A DNA stretch of 63,957 bases, the filler included, from Reticulomyxa filosa (Eukaryota > Protista > Foraminifera), in the NCBI GenBank assembly GCA_000512085.1. It is 15 parts of 15 records of this genome, joined end to end, with 100 filler letters (N's around TTAATTAATTAA, not from the genome) between each part and the next. Parts side by side here need not be neighbours in the genome. Positions count along the whole stretch, not along the records: positions 41,033 to 43,459 come from ASPP01037192.1; positions 43,560 to 44,927 come from ASPP01027954.1; positions 45,028 to 49,474 come from ASPP01007585.1; positions 49,575 to 52,075 come from ASPP01023059.1; positions 52,176 to 53,280 come from ASPP01016202.1; positions 53,381 to 55,323 come from ASPP01026888.1; positions 55,424 to 56,867 come from ASPP01023761.1; positions 56,968 to 60,555 come from ASPP01025384.1; 7 more parts are not named here. One strand, 5' to 3'. The first letter of the stretch is position 1. The number at the start of each line of letters is the position of its first letter. Of the stretch, positions 43,346 through 57,444 are shown piece after piece. The translations under genes and the position numbers were made by a program. The notes under the pieces are model-generated. The model ran no database searches and had not been told where the DNA came from. It saw only the letters and a program-made list of their open reading frames with translations.

Positions 43346-45648
43346 ACATAAAAATAACAGATCATTGAATAATGGCTTTTGATTCTATATTCATTTTTTT
43401 TTTTTCAAACTTATTACACGCACAAAATACGTATACATATATGTATACGTATTCGTTTTNNNNNNNNNNNNNNNNNNNNNNNNNNNNNNNNNNNNNNNNN
43501 NNNTTAATTAATTAANNNNNNNNNNNNNNNNNNNNNNNNNNNNNNNNNNNNNNNNNNNNGCGGGGCTTGGATTTTTTCTTTGATTCCAAAGCTGGAGTGT
43601 GTCCCAAAGACTACCAATTGCTCCTCATTCTCGTCGATATTGTCTCCGGTGTGTGTCGAGTGGTATACGTTTTTCAACTGTGGAATACTGGCCAATTTCA
43701 CTATCGACATGAATACACAGCACATTGTCTGCAATCGAATGTTGGGTGGTGTGTGCCAAACGACACTACTGTAGCGTTTCAAAGACACTTGTTCTTGTAG
43801 TGTTATAGTGGCTGTTTGGCCATACTCGATTATGGACGAGTATTGGATTCGCACACATGTAATAATTCCCATCAACTTGTATATTCCCCTTTTCTTCTTT
43901 TTCCTCTTCTGGCTGTATTCGTCGTTTCCTTTGCGTCTTCACAAATGCCAATCACACAAGTAACCCCATTCTCATCGTGCATATTCCATTAGCTTGCGCA
44001 TATACCAGTCCGGTTCCAGCTCTGGTAGTAATTTCTTTCGTTGTTGGGGCCAAACCTATTTGCCATGTCTCTCACTTTATATGATTAGAAAAAATAATAC
44101 CACAAAGACAAACAATGTAATATGGTCATCGTTGTTTAAGAAAGAGGTTGGTTTAGATTTGCACTGGATATTAACTCAATGTTGAAACAAGGCTTGAAAA
44201 CAACAACTACACATCGAAGCAGCTGCATTGGACGAGGCAATAGTACCATTGGTCTGATCTTTAGCAAGTCACTGCCTCCGGACGAAGGCCGCATATCGTT
44301 GTGAGTAGCACAAAGGGGACGCTGCTATATCGCTCATTATGCAAAGTAACAACAATAATAGTTATTATGACAAAGAATGATATTGCAGACACGTTGTCAG
44401 ATGTCGCTTCCGAACGACTAATTATATATACTCATAAAAACAAAAGTTGATATATAGTTAAGTGAAAAATAAATAGAAGAAAAAAGTGATTTTAAAGTAT
44501 TGTAATCAATTAGATCTCCTACAAAATATATTTTTGATTATGATGTAATTGTGATTATTTATTAAAAGTACATATGTAGAAATAAACTTATAAAAGCTAT
44601 TCATTTAAAAACATATTACATGATATTAAAATAAGTATCAATATCAAAAGTAGCAAACTGTATTATTTAGTAGAAAAAAAAAGGATATTTGACATATTGT
44701 AAAGTATTTCTTTTGACGTTAATTATTCTTCAATCTGTCGCTTTCTTAATGTCATAGTCTTTGTGTCAATAACACATTTTGAAATAGACATTTTTGATAT
44801 TTGAAGCATGTCAAAAAGATTTAACATTTTTATTGAATTCATAATCACTAATTGATGTTTTTTTAACCAACAAACACTTATTTTTTTTGTTTTACAAAAC
44901 TCTTTTATTTTTTTGAAAGCTATAACCNNNNNNNNNNNNNNNNNNNNNNNNNNNNNNNNNNNNNNNNNNNNTTAATTAATTAANNNNNNNNNNNNNNNNN
45001 NNNNNNNNNNNNNNNNNNNNNNNNNNNAATAATTGAAATCCATCTTCTGGTGCACGAACTCTTTTCGCACCTTGTAATAATGATGTCAACAAAAACTTAC
45101 AAAATAAACCTGCCGTACATAACACCACCACTTTACGAGTTCTTTCAAGATCGCTCATTCCTTAAGAAGAAAGAGTTTTCGAGTTTGTCACGTCTTAGTC
45201 AAACAAAAAAATCCAAGATATTACAAAACTAGTTCTTGTTTTATTGTCCCTTTTTTCCCTCTTTAAGGATTTTTTTGTGACGACTATTTACTATGGTTGA
45301 TAGGAAAGTTTCCTTTAAAAAATGTAAATTTTTCTGTTGAATTACGCAAACGTATCAACTTTATTCCAAAAAAGTTTTAAAGATTTGAAATTTTGAAAGC
45401 TTGTTGCATAACATTCCCCGCAAAACTATTCCAAACAACAACTAACCGCGAACAGAACAACAAAAAAAAACTCACGTCCAAATGGTGACATTATTTTTCT
45501 CTAGCCCCAAGGGTTGAGAGAAGCACCATATCCACCCAAAAAAAAATGCAAAAAAAAAAAAAAAAGGAAAGAAAACCAGGAAAAAAAAGATAAAAAAGCT
45601 ATTCACATTCGAGCAAATACAAAAAAAAAAATTGTATTTTTTTTTCTT

Positions 45649-46272
45649 TTAAAAAAGTGAGAGAGTGTTTTCGATTTCTTCTTTCCAAAACCATTTGAAA
45701 TGATTACACTTGACTCCATGTCTGTTTTGTTCTTCAAAGGATTCGACACACTGATAAAGCAAATCTTCATTCAAAATTTTGCCAAAGGTATGAACGGCAC
45801 GGAGATACTTTTTGTACGCTTTCCAGACCGAGGTCAAGACCAAGCGTAATTCGCAAATCATGCGTGTCCGCTTCTCTTTGTCAGTGTTGCTGCCGTCACG
45901 AGCGGAGGGAGTGGAAGCAGCGGCATCCACAATGACGTATACGGAGATGTAACGAAAATTGGCGATATGATTGGGATGCAACTTTTTGATGACCGCATTG
46001 AATTCACCGCAGCGGTAATAAGTAGGATGAGCATCATCGATGGCATGCATGTGAGAATATTCATTGTTGAGTTTGGCTTCCATGTCAGTCGCGCCCGTTG
46101 TTGCGTCGTTACCAGCCATTTGCTTTTTTGTCTTCACCTCGGCGACTAACTGCTTAATGTGTTTCACTTTGTTTCTCTTTGGTAATACTTTGTTCGTTTC
46201 GTGATTATCCGTCGTATGATTTTTTTCGTCTCCGTTGGACGACAATGACGATGACATTAATAATGTTGATGT

Positions 46273-46305
<33 letters not shown>

Positions 46306-47070
46306 TGAGGCTAATGACGCTGCATTCTTCTCTTGATAAGTCTTTTCCAAATCGTTGGTGTAGTAGCTATGAATATGGTTCTCCACTCCGCAAATTCGAA
46401 ACAGCTTATCAATCAACTTGACGCACTTTACAATGGCGTTTGTGTCTGGCAACACAATGTACGCCCGACACGTGTCCAACATAAATCCTGCTTCAATGCG
46501 CTCCTCACTTCCAATCGATACACTCGGACCTGTGTTGATCGACGTGTTGCCACTGTTACCAGAAATGGACGTCGCTGCAGTTGCCACATCTGAGGATTCA
46601 CTTGAGCCATTACCAGCACTTGTTGTTGTTGTTATTGTCGTTGCTGTGGTAGCAGCGACAGCAGTGGTGACAATGCTTGTGGACGCTGCAGCTGACACAT
46701 TTGTGGAAGCAGTGGCAGTCAAAGACAACGGCACTCCATCGCGTGGCGAATCGAGATCGTCTTGCATCACGTGCTCCAGCATTTCACAAGCGACGGAAAA
46801 GTCTCGAATAGGCGCGATCCAAAATCGATCGTGTTCAATGTCGTTGTCTTGAAAAATGTGTTGCAGTTTCGTCTCCAGTCTTTTGTACACGTGCTGGCGA
46901 TTAATCGACAGCATAAAATGCAAGTACGTTTTATTCAAACTGGCATGGACATTTTCGTCAGTGCACGTCTCCACTCCAATTTTGTTACATGTCTCTTTGT
47001 AGATATCCCAATCGATGGGATGATATTTCGATTTCCCTTTGATTTTTTTTTTTTTTGTTATCAACATGCA

Positions 47071-47104
<34 letters not shown>

Positions 47105-49419
47105 CCTTTGAATGGACATGGACCCAACACCGAATCACTCTCTTGTGTGACAATTTGCTCTCGATTAAATATCTGGCGATGCAATTCGAGCAACTTTTCA
47201 CACAATTTGGTCCATTTTTTGGCTTCGAGCTGCTTTTGCTTTGACAAGGACGATGAAGCGGCTCCTGCGTTGTGGTTGTCAGCGTCTTTGACGGCGGTCG
47301 ACGAGGACGCGTTTTCATTGTCATTAGAGGGACAGTGGTACAATTGATAGTAGGTCTCGTCCAGCTGCTTATTGATCCGCTTCAACTCCTGATACAAACA
47401 CGCGCTCATCGTGTCGTACAACACAGTGCGACTCTCGTCGTTTTTCAGCGAACTCAACCACTGATGTTGATGGATGAAATCGATAATGGCACGCTTTTCC
47501 GCAAATGGAATATGAGGCGCACTTAGCAAACTGATTATCGTTGCGATCAAGCTATGTTGGATTTCGTAAGGATCTTTTCCGAGCTTTGACCGTTCGTTCA
47601 TCTTCCCCAACTGGTAAATGGTCAGTATGCGATCACGATTGTCTTGGATTTTCTTGTTTTTCTTTGTGTCTTTGTTACCCGTTATTGCATTTGTCTTGGC
47701 GCTCATTGACAGCAATTGAGGCGCTATACATATCCATACATATACATATATAAATATATATATATACATATATAAATATATATATATACATATATATATT
47801 TATATATGTATATGTATGGATATGTATACATATACAGATATGTTTGTTTTGCGTGCGAACCATAGGCTCGAAAACATCCATAGACGTATCCATAAAGCAA
47901 CGTGAGTGACTTGATCACGACGTATTTGTGGTTCAACGACTCGAAGCTTTCAGAAACCAACAGTGAAGCTCCTTCATTCAACGCATTTGGTTTCGCGTCA
48001 TCGCTGCCTTTGCTGTCCGTGCTCATGTCACGAGGCCGAAGTGGGACTTCGTTATTTTGCAACGGGATGTATATCCTCCCCGACGCCGAAGGCCGTTTTT
48101 CCAAGGTCGTTTTCATCACTTGGTGTTGTTTTGCCTAAAAGCAAGAAACACACACATACACACACATGCAAGAAAATGTATATGCATATTCTATTAATAT
48201 AAACGCATACACAAATATACATATACATATACATATATGTATGCATATGCAAACTGTATATAACTTCATCTGCAATGGTTGGAAGAACCAGTTTGGGCTG
48301 AGTGAATTTTTTAGTCGATTTTTTGTCTTCCTCTTTGAGTCGCTTTTTCGCATCGCGTTTTTTTTTCTGCTTCCGAGCAAGTTCTTTGACACTAACACGT
48401 TTTTCGTCGAGGCCGTCGGACCAATACTGTTGATCATCGTCGCTGCTACTGCTGCTACTACTGCTACTACTGCTGCTGTTGTAGTCGTCCACATCGGTCT
48501 CGTGATTGCGACCAGCGGTGCTCTTCTTTTTCAAGGAAGCTCTCTTTTTCTTGCTTTTGCTTTTGCTTTTTCGTCGCTTTTCTTTTTTGAGAACCTTTCC
48601 GTTGGAAGGAGTGAAAGAGTTGTTGTCAAACTGCTCGACCCATTCCTGAGGGATGTCCGTGTTCAATCGGATGGCCTCCTGTTTCACCTTGGCACTAATG
48701 TCCATCAGCGACGAGGGCACACAAATCTTGCAATGGTAGTGCTCTTCGGAAGAGACAATGTGTCTTAACTCGTCCCTTCGTAATTTGACTAGCAACAGCA
48801 ACAGGGAATATACATCCAAGTGCGAGTCAAACTCAGTGTCCTTTTTGTTGAAAATGTTTTCCAAACATCGGAAATACGATTGCTCCAAGTCGTCGAGCAC
48901 TTGATTCACCATGTGCGAGGATATTCGATCAATTGATGGCGTTTTAGGTTCCTCTTGATGCAGCTCAGGCTCTTGCTCTTCTGTTTCTTCTGTTTCTTCT
49001 TCTGTCTTTGTGGACTCGTCCGTGCTGGAGAGCATCCCACTATCATTGCGTGTTGGCAACGGCTTGGTGCTGATCTTGTCCACATCTTGCTCGTCAATGT
49101 CTTTCATGACGCTGTCGAGAATGTCCTCGACGACGTTCAGCGATAGACGCTTCGTACCAAACTGCAGCACTGGCAGCGTGCTGATGGAACCCGACGCTCT
49201 ACTTGCCATCATCTTTATCGAATTCGAAACGCCAATCATGTCAATTTCCTCGCCGTCGCTCATTTGCAAGTATAGCGTTCGCAGCACATCGCTGTCTCCC
49301 ATTCCCACGCACTTGTCAAACACCTGCGACAGCACTTGTTCCAGTTCTTCCAAAGTGTATTCCGTGCGACCTTTTTTTTTAATTAAAAAAAATGGGGGCA
49401 CAACTTTTGATACAAACAA
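45649..49419 (-). CDS. Large multi-exon hypothetical protein with low-complexity inserts and a divergent C-terminal RelA/SpoT-like fold; 5' partial
   Basis: Long ORFs 48052-49419 and 45649-47769 linked by (TA)n-containing introns. Motifs APIRD, LDTCRAYIV, VENHI, FRYISVYVIV, ICELRL occur in the same order as in the 41033-43345 protein. Confidence 0.6.
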
Positions 49420-49593
49420 ATATGGTAACTAAAAAAAAAAAAAAAAAAAAAGGCTATTGTTGCAACGTATCTATNNNNNNNNNNNNNNNNNNNNNNNNNN
49501 NNNNNNNNNNNNNNNNNNTTAATTAATTAANNNNNNNNNNNNNNNNNNNNNNNNNNNNNNNNNNNNNNNNNNNNTTATTATTTTTTTTAAATA

Positions 49594-52075
49594 ATTGACT
49601 TGTTTTTTGTCAACAGCCTCAACCCATCTGTTCAAAAAAAAAAATGTATACGTCCAACTCCCAACTCAGCAAAGAAAAATTTCGGGGTTGAAGCCACCCC
49701 GCATTGCAAAAAAAATGAAATGGTTTGTTTCTTTTATTTTTTTATTTGTTATTTTTTTTAATCAAATGTTTGTGCGTTTCAATAGGCATGCCACCCATCA
49801 ACAATAAATTTTGTTTGCTCCATCACCGTACAAAGAAAAAAATAATATAGATTGTAATTGGAGCTTTTAGCTCAACGACAAAAATATGTTTTTGTTTGTT
49901 TATGTTAAAAATAAAAAAGTATTGCAATTTGTGATGTGTATAGTGTTCAATGTTAAAAAAAATATTGGAAAGTTTTTATTTGTTTTATTTTTTATTTTTC
50001 ATTTTATTTGAGATAGGGAAATTGTGGGGAAAAGAAAACTAAAGGGAAAAAAAGTGAAAAGAAAATAATGGTAAGAGTGGGGGAAATAAATGGGAAAATG
50101 AGAAAAAGAAAGTATAAAAATATGTGAAAAATTTATTAAAAATGGAAAAAAGAAAAAAGAAATTAGTTGAAAAATGAAAAAGAAAAAAATAAAAAAAGAA
50201 GACAATGTGGAAAAAATAAAAAAGATTAAAAAGATAAAGAAAAAAAGATTAAAAAGATATCAAAAGAAAAAAAAAGAAAAAAACGTTGGATAATTGAGTA
50301 GCGAAGACTGATCGCTAATATCGAATTAATTGTGTACGTGCGCGTTTTCGCACTTTGAAAGTAGTTGTTAGTTTGCTGATGATATTTTGAATTTTAAGAC
50401 AATTGACAATCGGTGAATATATATAGCTGTCCGCATTTTCTGTCCCAATTTGTGTTCGATTGATTGGATTCAAGTCGTCAGTTTGAATATGAATCCGTAG
50501 GGACCTGACGTACTCAAAGATCACGCTGGACAATGGAACGCAATAAATGAAGAACAAGCACCCAATGTGAAAAAGAAAGAAAAATTGGATCAAATCAAAC
50601 TTTTGAATGTCTTGAGATAAAGTTCGTTATTGGAAACGTTCGCATACGCCATGCACCAAAGTGTGTCCTTCATTGCAAGTGGTGACTGAACTAACGAAGA
50701 AGTGGAAAGCGATGAAGAAAATAGTGTGTAAGATGTCAGGAAATATTCATTTATGGCGATCGAGCAAACAACTGCATCGTGATAATTGTTCCATGTGAAA
50801 GTGGCCCAATTCGATGGTAGTTGTGCGAAACTCGTATCAAGATATCATAAAGCAAGAAGATGGATATGTGAATGAGGACGAATAGAAGAAAAAGAATTCC
50901 GGTCCAATATTGCGTTCGATTAGTTAAAAAAAAAAAGTCGGCTGGCTTTGTTGAGTCTATTATAGAATCGTTTTTCATGTCCAGAAACACGCAAAGTCGC
51001 CGTTCCCAAGTCTAAACCAACTTCTAGTATCGCCAATGAAAAATTCTAAACGAGCGATGAAATTTCAAGCAGTGGCAGCCCGATGCATTATAAAGAACGT
51101 CTACACTCAGCATAGGCGCATAAAAGTCTTTGCGGAAAATTGTTGACGCTGCAGACCACCAAGGAGGGTGTCAAATACAATTGATAGGTGCCAACGAACA
51201 ATGGACAATCGGTCGTTATGAAAAGTGAGCTAATTTCAAAGATTGAGCACTTATACCAAAACTGGTTGTGTGCGTACGCACATGCGCAACTTGTATTTTG
51301 AATAGTTAGCTCGCGAGACATTGGATATTGTTGGTCGGTGAAGAAAGAGATAAAGCTGGTTGCATCTTCCAATTCCATCGCCGTAAGAGTGGTGTGACTT
51401 GCGTTTATCATATTATCTTTGCCGAATTGCCTCCGGGAACTATGGACGACGCGTTGGGCGCAAATCAAGAAAGCATGGAAGCGAATACGACTAATAGTGG
51501 GAAATAGAACATGCAAATGCTAACTTCCATTTGGTCAGGCCAAAGCATATTTCTTCATCATAACGGCGACGAGAGCAGATAAACTTGCAGTTGGAAAACA
51601 TTGCCATATGTAGTTGGAACAGTTGTCAAGATTCTATCGCAGACAATATCTCCACCTTGGTGCCGCCAAATATGAAAGCACGTTCGCCAATAAGAAAAAA
51701 GAAGACTGCAATATCGCGCAAAGTATAAACGATTTGGACATTATGATGTAAGATGGTTCCATCTGGTCGTTCAAAACGCACAGGACATTGACCAATAAGA
51801 AGAGAAAGAGGAGGATGGCTTGTTTAAAAGAAAAAAAAAAAAACCCCAATCGGCCCGGCTTTATTGACTTTGATTATGAAATCTCTTTTCATGTTTGGAA
51901 ATACGCAAAGCCTCCACTTATGGATGTATGCTAACTTCACATATTGCTCTGCAATCAAAAATGTTGAACGAACATGTCAATATCTCGCAGCGGTAACATG
52001 AAGTATTGCAAAGAATTTGTTTGTCATCAACGTAGGTTGACACAAGCTTCTGACACTCAAAGATTGTGCTTAACT
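49594..52075 (+). repeat. Second copy of the degenerate repeat or pseudogene family
   Basis: Collinear similarity to 24360-26845; no intact ORF. Confidence 0.75.
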
Positions 52076-52284
52076 NNNNNNNNNNNNNNNNNNNNNNNNN
52101 NNNNNNNNNNNNNNNNNNNTTAATTAATTAANNNNNNNNNNNNNNNNNNNNNNNNNNNNNNNNNNNNNNNNNNNNGGGGGGTGCTTTTGAACGTTGTTCT
52201 ACTTGTTGGCAAGATATTATATAAATCCCTTCTGGTTGACATTCTCAATCTTTTATATAGTGATATTGATTACAAGTGTTCGTC

Positions 52285-53214
52285 ATGTCCAAACAACCAA
52301 CTATTTTGAGTGTTGAAAACTTTAGGACACATATTGTTGAGATTCTGGCAAAAAGCGACCCGTCAAAAGTTAACAAAGTGGATGAATTATTGAAAAAATG
52401 GAAAGGCCATGAGAATGAATTTCTTGAGCTTGTGTGCAAGAAATATAGCCAACCTTGTAAGTCTGGCACATTCACTGTTGTGACGCATAAAGTGTTGTGC
52501 CTACATTTTTTTTTGAGAAGGAACAAGAAGGAAGGAAAAAGGAAAGGGATGAATAAGAGATCTCTTATTTTTTTATTTTTTTATTTTTTTTGTTTGGCTC
52601 ATTTCATAAAGTTACCCCACTGAAAGCAATCGGAATAAAAGAGCAGTACACCATTGGTTCAAAACTTGGCACGTTAAGTGAGCAAAAAAAAATTAAGCGC
52701 AAGTCAATTTTGAAAATGAGTCTTTAAAATCGGGAACAAAATAAATAAACCAAAAAATAATGATAATCAGTGGTGGATTTGCTATTGTACGCAAATGCAA
52801 GGATAAGACCACAAAAGAATTCTATGCCCTAAAAATAATCAATAAAAAGAACTTAGACAAAGCTGGTCTGACTTTGTTGGATAGAGAAGTGAACATCATG
52901 CGCCAAGTTACTTTTTTTTTTTAAAAAAAAAAAAAAGAAATTTCTCACATTCATCGACGTCCAAATTTTCACCTCTGAAATAATTTTTTTAAAATAAATA
53001 GGTGACTCATGAAAATATCGTAAAATTGCATAATGTGTTTGATAGCAGGACGAAAATGTGTTTGGTGTTGGATTTGTTAGAAGGTGGAGAATTGTTTGAT
53101 CGGATCATCGAACAAGGGCATTTCAGTGAAAACAATGCTGCTCACTGTTTTGGCCAACTGGTTACCGCTTTGAATTACTTGCATCAAAAGCAGATTGTTC
53201 ACAGAGACTTAAAA
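52285..53214 (+). CDS. CaMK-group Ser/Thr kinase with small N-terminal helical domain; four exons visible, 3' partial
   Basis: Spliced KLGT/GGFAIVRKC, YALKII, HENIVKL, LEGGELFDRI, HRDLK. Confidence 0.88.
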
Positions 53215-53242
53215 GTATCCAAAAAATAACACGTACACATTT

Positions 53243-53280
<38 letters not shown>

Positions 53281-53380
53281 NNNNNNNNNNNNNNNNNNNN
53301 NNNNNNNNNNNNNNNNNNNNNNNNTTAATTAATTAANNNNNNNNNNNNNNNNNNNNNNNNNNNNNNNNNNNNNNNNNNNN

Positions 53381-55323
53381 CTTCCAGCCAGCCAAACAAG
53401 AATGAAAAATAAATAAATAAAAATGTTATTCAATCTCCTTTAGATTGCCAGTAGAAATGTATATGTACAGGAAATGACCGCGCAAATTATAAAGATGCTG
53501 ACATGACGATGTCGCAACGGCGGCAGAAAAGAATTGGAAGGCAATGGGGAAAAAACGTGGAATTTGTTATTAAATACTTATTCATGGCGATCGAGAAAAC
53601 CACCACATTGCGAGAATTGTCCCATATTAGAGTGCTTCAATTTGGTGGAGAAGTTGTGCGAAGCAAGAAGATGGATATGATAAAGATGAAAAGAAGAAGA
53701 ATATCGAAAGAACATCGCATTTGATCTGGGTTTAAAAAAAAGAAAAAAACATTTGTGTGCCAGCTTTATTGATTATGGTTCTTCGCGTTCGCGAGTATAG
53801 ACTTTGTGTGTTTTCACACATGAACTACCTTCCCATCAACGAATGAGTGTGGTAACTCGAACAATAGAAAAGAAATGGTTTGCCATCAACTTAGGCAATT
53901 GTTGAATTGATACATCGCCAAAGATAGCATCAAAACTTGCTCTACCTGCGTCAACGAATAAGTGGAACTCGGTCGTCATGAAAATTGCTTTAGATGTTGT
54001 AGTGTGTTGATAAAGTTAGCGCCGACATTGGGAACTCGTATAAAAACTGCGTGCGTACGCACATTCGCAAATTTGATTTCTCGATTGTGAATATGCCGAT
54101 AGTAAGAATCTTTGCAACAAATACGCCCAAGAATGAAAAATAAAATAAGAATATTACTTCATTACTATTTTGATTGCCAATAGAAACGTTGAATGTACTT
54201 GAAAATGTCCGCGCAAAGTAGAAACCATACTTACATTGTGGTGTCGCAACGATGGCAGAGAATTGGAAGGCAATTAAGAAATGAGCGTGGAAGTTGTTAA
54301 AAAGTGCCCATATATGGCGATCGAGAAAACCACTACTTGGTAGAACATTTTATGTTAGGTGGTTCAACTTGGTGGAGGAGTTGTGCGAAACTCCGTCAAT
54401 ACATCGTCAACCAAGAAGAAAAAGATGATAATGATGAGAATGATGATGAATAGAAGAAAGAGACCTCAAAGTCGTATCACGTTGGATCTTTTTAAAAAAA
54501 AAAAACTAGTCTACCAGTTTGGTTATGCACTGGCTCTTCTCACGCATGCAAGTAGCACTTTGAGTGTTTCCATAGAGAGCGCCGATCAAAAGACAATGAA
54601 CAAGTGTGTGTGTGTAGGAAATGTCCAGAAGCGGTAACCCGAACCATTTGAAAGAAGTTGTTCGTCATCAGCGTAGGCTTATACAAGTCTCTGCGCGGAT
54701 AATTATTGACTTGCACCAGTGCCAAAGATAGCATGGAACTGCGATTTACCGGCTCCAACAAATAAGGTTGCTATAAAAATTGCGCTAACTACTCGTATCA
54801 AAACTGATGGTGTGAGCTCGCACATTCACAATTTTGGATTCTTAATTGTGAGTGTGCTACTGATTGGATGAATGATGGGCTTGCAAATGACACTGAGCAT
54901 TGATAGTCGGTGAAGAGAGAAAGAGATAGAGCCGGTTTGCATTTTCTGACTCCATCACTGTAAGAGTCACGTGCCTTGCGTTAGTTTGGCAAAGAAAATC
55001 ACGCTTGTTCGATAGTCTCCGGAATCGGCTATGCACTACAGACGGCGCGTTGGATGTGGAGCAATACTTTGTATTCGTGACATTATCTCAGTATCTGGAG
55101 GACAATGGAGTCACAGGTCGCCAATTTGTATTTTTTTTTTTAGTTAGATTTGAGACGGCGTGAGTTTTAAATTATAAATCTCGTAATGATATCAAAAATT
55201 GTTGAACCATGGCAATCAAGGACGTCGTCAAGGACCAATACCTCCAATAATAAAAAAGGAAATACGAATTGTATCACCTCATCCATCATTGAATCTCCAA
55301 TCCAAACATTATCGAATGGATGG
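53381..55323 (+). repeat. Two tandem partial copies (~53400-54120 and ~54130-55320) of the same degenerate family
   Basis: Repeated CAAGAATGAAAAATAAA, ATGGCGATCGAGAAAACCAC, GGTGGAG.AGTTGTGCGAA, CATCA.C.TAGGC, GCCAAAGATAGCAT. Confidence 0.75.
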
Positions 55324-56619
55324 NNNNNNNNNNNNNNNNNNNNNNNNNNNNNNNNNNNNNNNNNNNNTTAATTAATTAANNNNNNNNNNNNNNNNNNNNN
55401 NNNNNNNNNNNNNNNNNNNNNNNAAATTTTCACATTGCGCATGGTCAGGTGATGCTAAAAAACAATTCAAAATTGTTTGGCCAGAAACCACCTGGAGCTT
55501 GTAGTCAATGTGGGGATATCAAATTTTTATCTGATTCATTTTTTTTTCTTTTTTATCTTTTTTTTGTGTACTGTCAAACAATTTGTTTGTTTTTTGTTTT
55601 TGTCAATAGATCGCAAATCAGAAAATGTGACGAATTGGAAAGAAAATTTGATTGGAAAATCTGAAAAGCGCAAGACATTGTCACAATAAAAAAAACTAAT
55701 TTCATTTTCGAAATGCGAAAGTTCGCAACAATTATTTTGCACTTTTTAAATCTTGTTTATTTTTTTTTCTTCGACAATGTTTGCAAATTTCACATTATTT
55801 TGCGAGTAATACTCATGAGTGTGGAACACTAGGATTTGATAGTTTACGGATGTGATAGTCTTGAAATCAAATTAATAAAAAAAAAATAGTTTTGAAGTAA
55901 AACAATATGAATATTTTTGGAAGATGATAAGATTGTGCATTTTTCTTCAGATGCCACATTACCACAAAAAAATTCATATAACAAAAAATCGGAATAGATA
56001 AACTAATAAAAGCGCTGCTAGAATTCAAATAGCTCTTTTTCCCTGATAACTTGCATAATTTCATGCTCCAATGGATTAACATTAAGCTTGTGCACATTGT
56101 TTTAAATAAAACTGGCGAGTAAAAAAGAACAAGCTGTAAATTTGGTAATTTTAAAGAGGGTTAAAGGAAGAGTTGGTAAAACAGGTTTTATGTTCTCATT
56201 CTCCGAAAAATATGTCAAATGAAAAAACGTCAATCATTCGTTAATTTAAAAATAATAATTTCAAAAAGGTAAATATGCAAAATTTGTTTAAAAAGTTTTG
56301 TCAATGTAAAGATACCAACATCTTCCTAACACAACTCCAATAAATGCTCCGATCAATGTCACCTCAATCGTTGGAACCATTAAACAAGTCACTTCCACCG
56401 TTGGAACCATTGAATAATGTGGAAGAAGTGGTGGTAGTCATAGAACGTAAAAAGATAATGAACAAAATAAACAAACACATTATCGACATATGCAATGTAA
56501 CAGACGATCAAGCATACTTATGTTGTCCAGATGGGACAAAGAGGGGGGGAATGTAGAGCAAGTCCCTATTATAAATATCTGAACGTCAAGGTAGGTTAAA
56601 CTTACTCAAAAAACTTACT

Positions 56620-56752
56620 TCTTACTTTCTTGCTTTTCTTTTGTTATCTTGTTTTATTATTTCAATTTCTTTCGTTTTACGAAATCACTATTCTTTTCTT
56701 AGTAAACACCTCTCGTATTACAGTTAGTGTACCACTATCAGCAGACGTCCCA
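56620..56752 (-). repeat. Interspersed repeat terminus matching 39332-39467
   Basis: Reverse complement aligns over ~135 nt. Confidence 0.8.
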
Positions 56753-57444
56753 CAATGATTAATTTAAATTATTGTAAAATGAATTATATGTCTATAAATA
56801 GTTTACACAAAAGTATGCTTGTTTTTATTAAATATTTTGAAAATATGAAAAAAATTACGATCTTCATNNNNNNNNNNNNNNNNNNNNNNNNNNNNNNNNN
56901 NNNNNNNNNNNTTAATTAATTAANNNNNNNNNNNNNNNNNNNNNNNNNNNNNNNNNNNNNNNNNNNNTTTTAAATATCAAAATTTTGAAATATCAATTAA
57001 AAAAAGTAACAATAAAGAAAATTAGCAAAAAAAAAAATTTTAATATTTAAAAACAAGATTAATAGATATTTTTTAAAAAAAAAATTATGTTTAAATGTTT
57101 ATTTTTCATGGAAAAAATCGATTATCTTCGTATAGTGCCATTTAGGTATGTCAGTTTTTTTTGCAATCTATTGTATTGCCCATTCAGTTGTAATCTCTAA
57201 AGTTGTGATCATTTAAACTGGTACAACAGTACAATAACATATCGCTTAATGCCTTTTGCGAAAATTATATTTAAGCAAAATATTTAGCTAATGACAGTAA
57301 ACGCTTTTTAATTTTGTCTTTACAGTCCTTTCTTTTTCCGCAGAGGCAGTAAAAGATATATAACAAAAAAGTAATTTTATACAAACTAACAAATTAATTT
57401 CAAATTTAAATATTTAATTTTCTTCATATAAGACTATTTAGGAT

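Noticed and set aside
32208-49419. Apparent defence-island clustering of caspase, TPR and nucleotidyltransferase genes
   Set aside because: These genes are on different contigs joined by artificial spacers.
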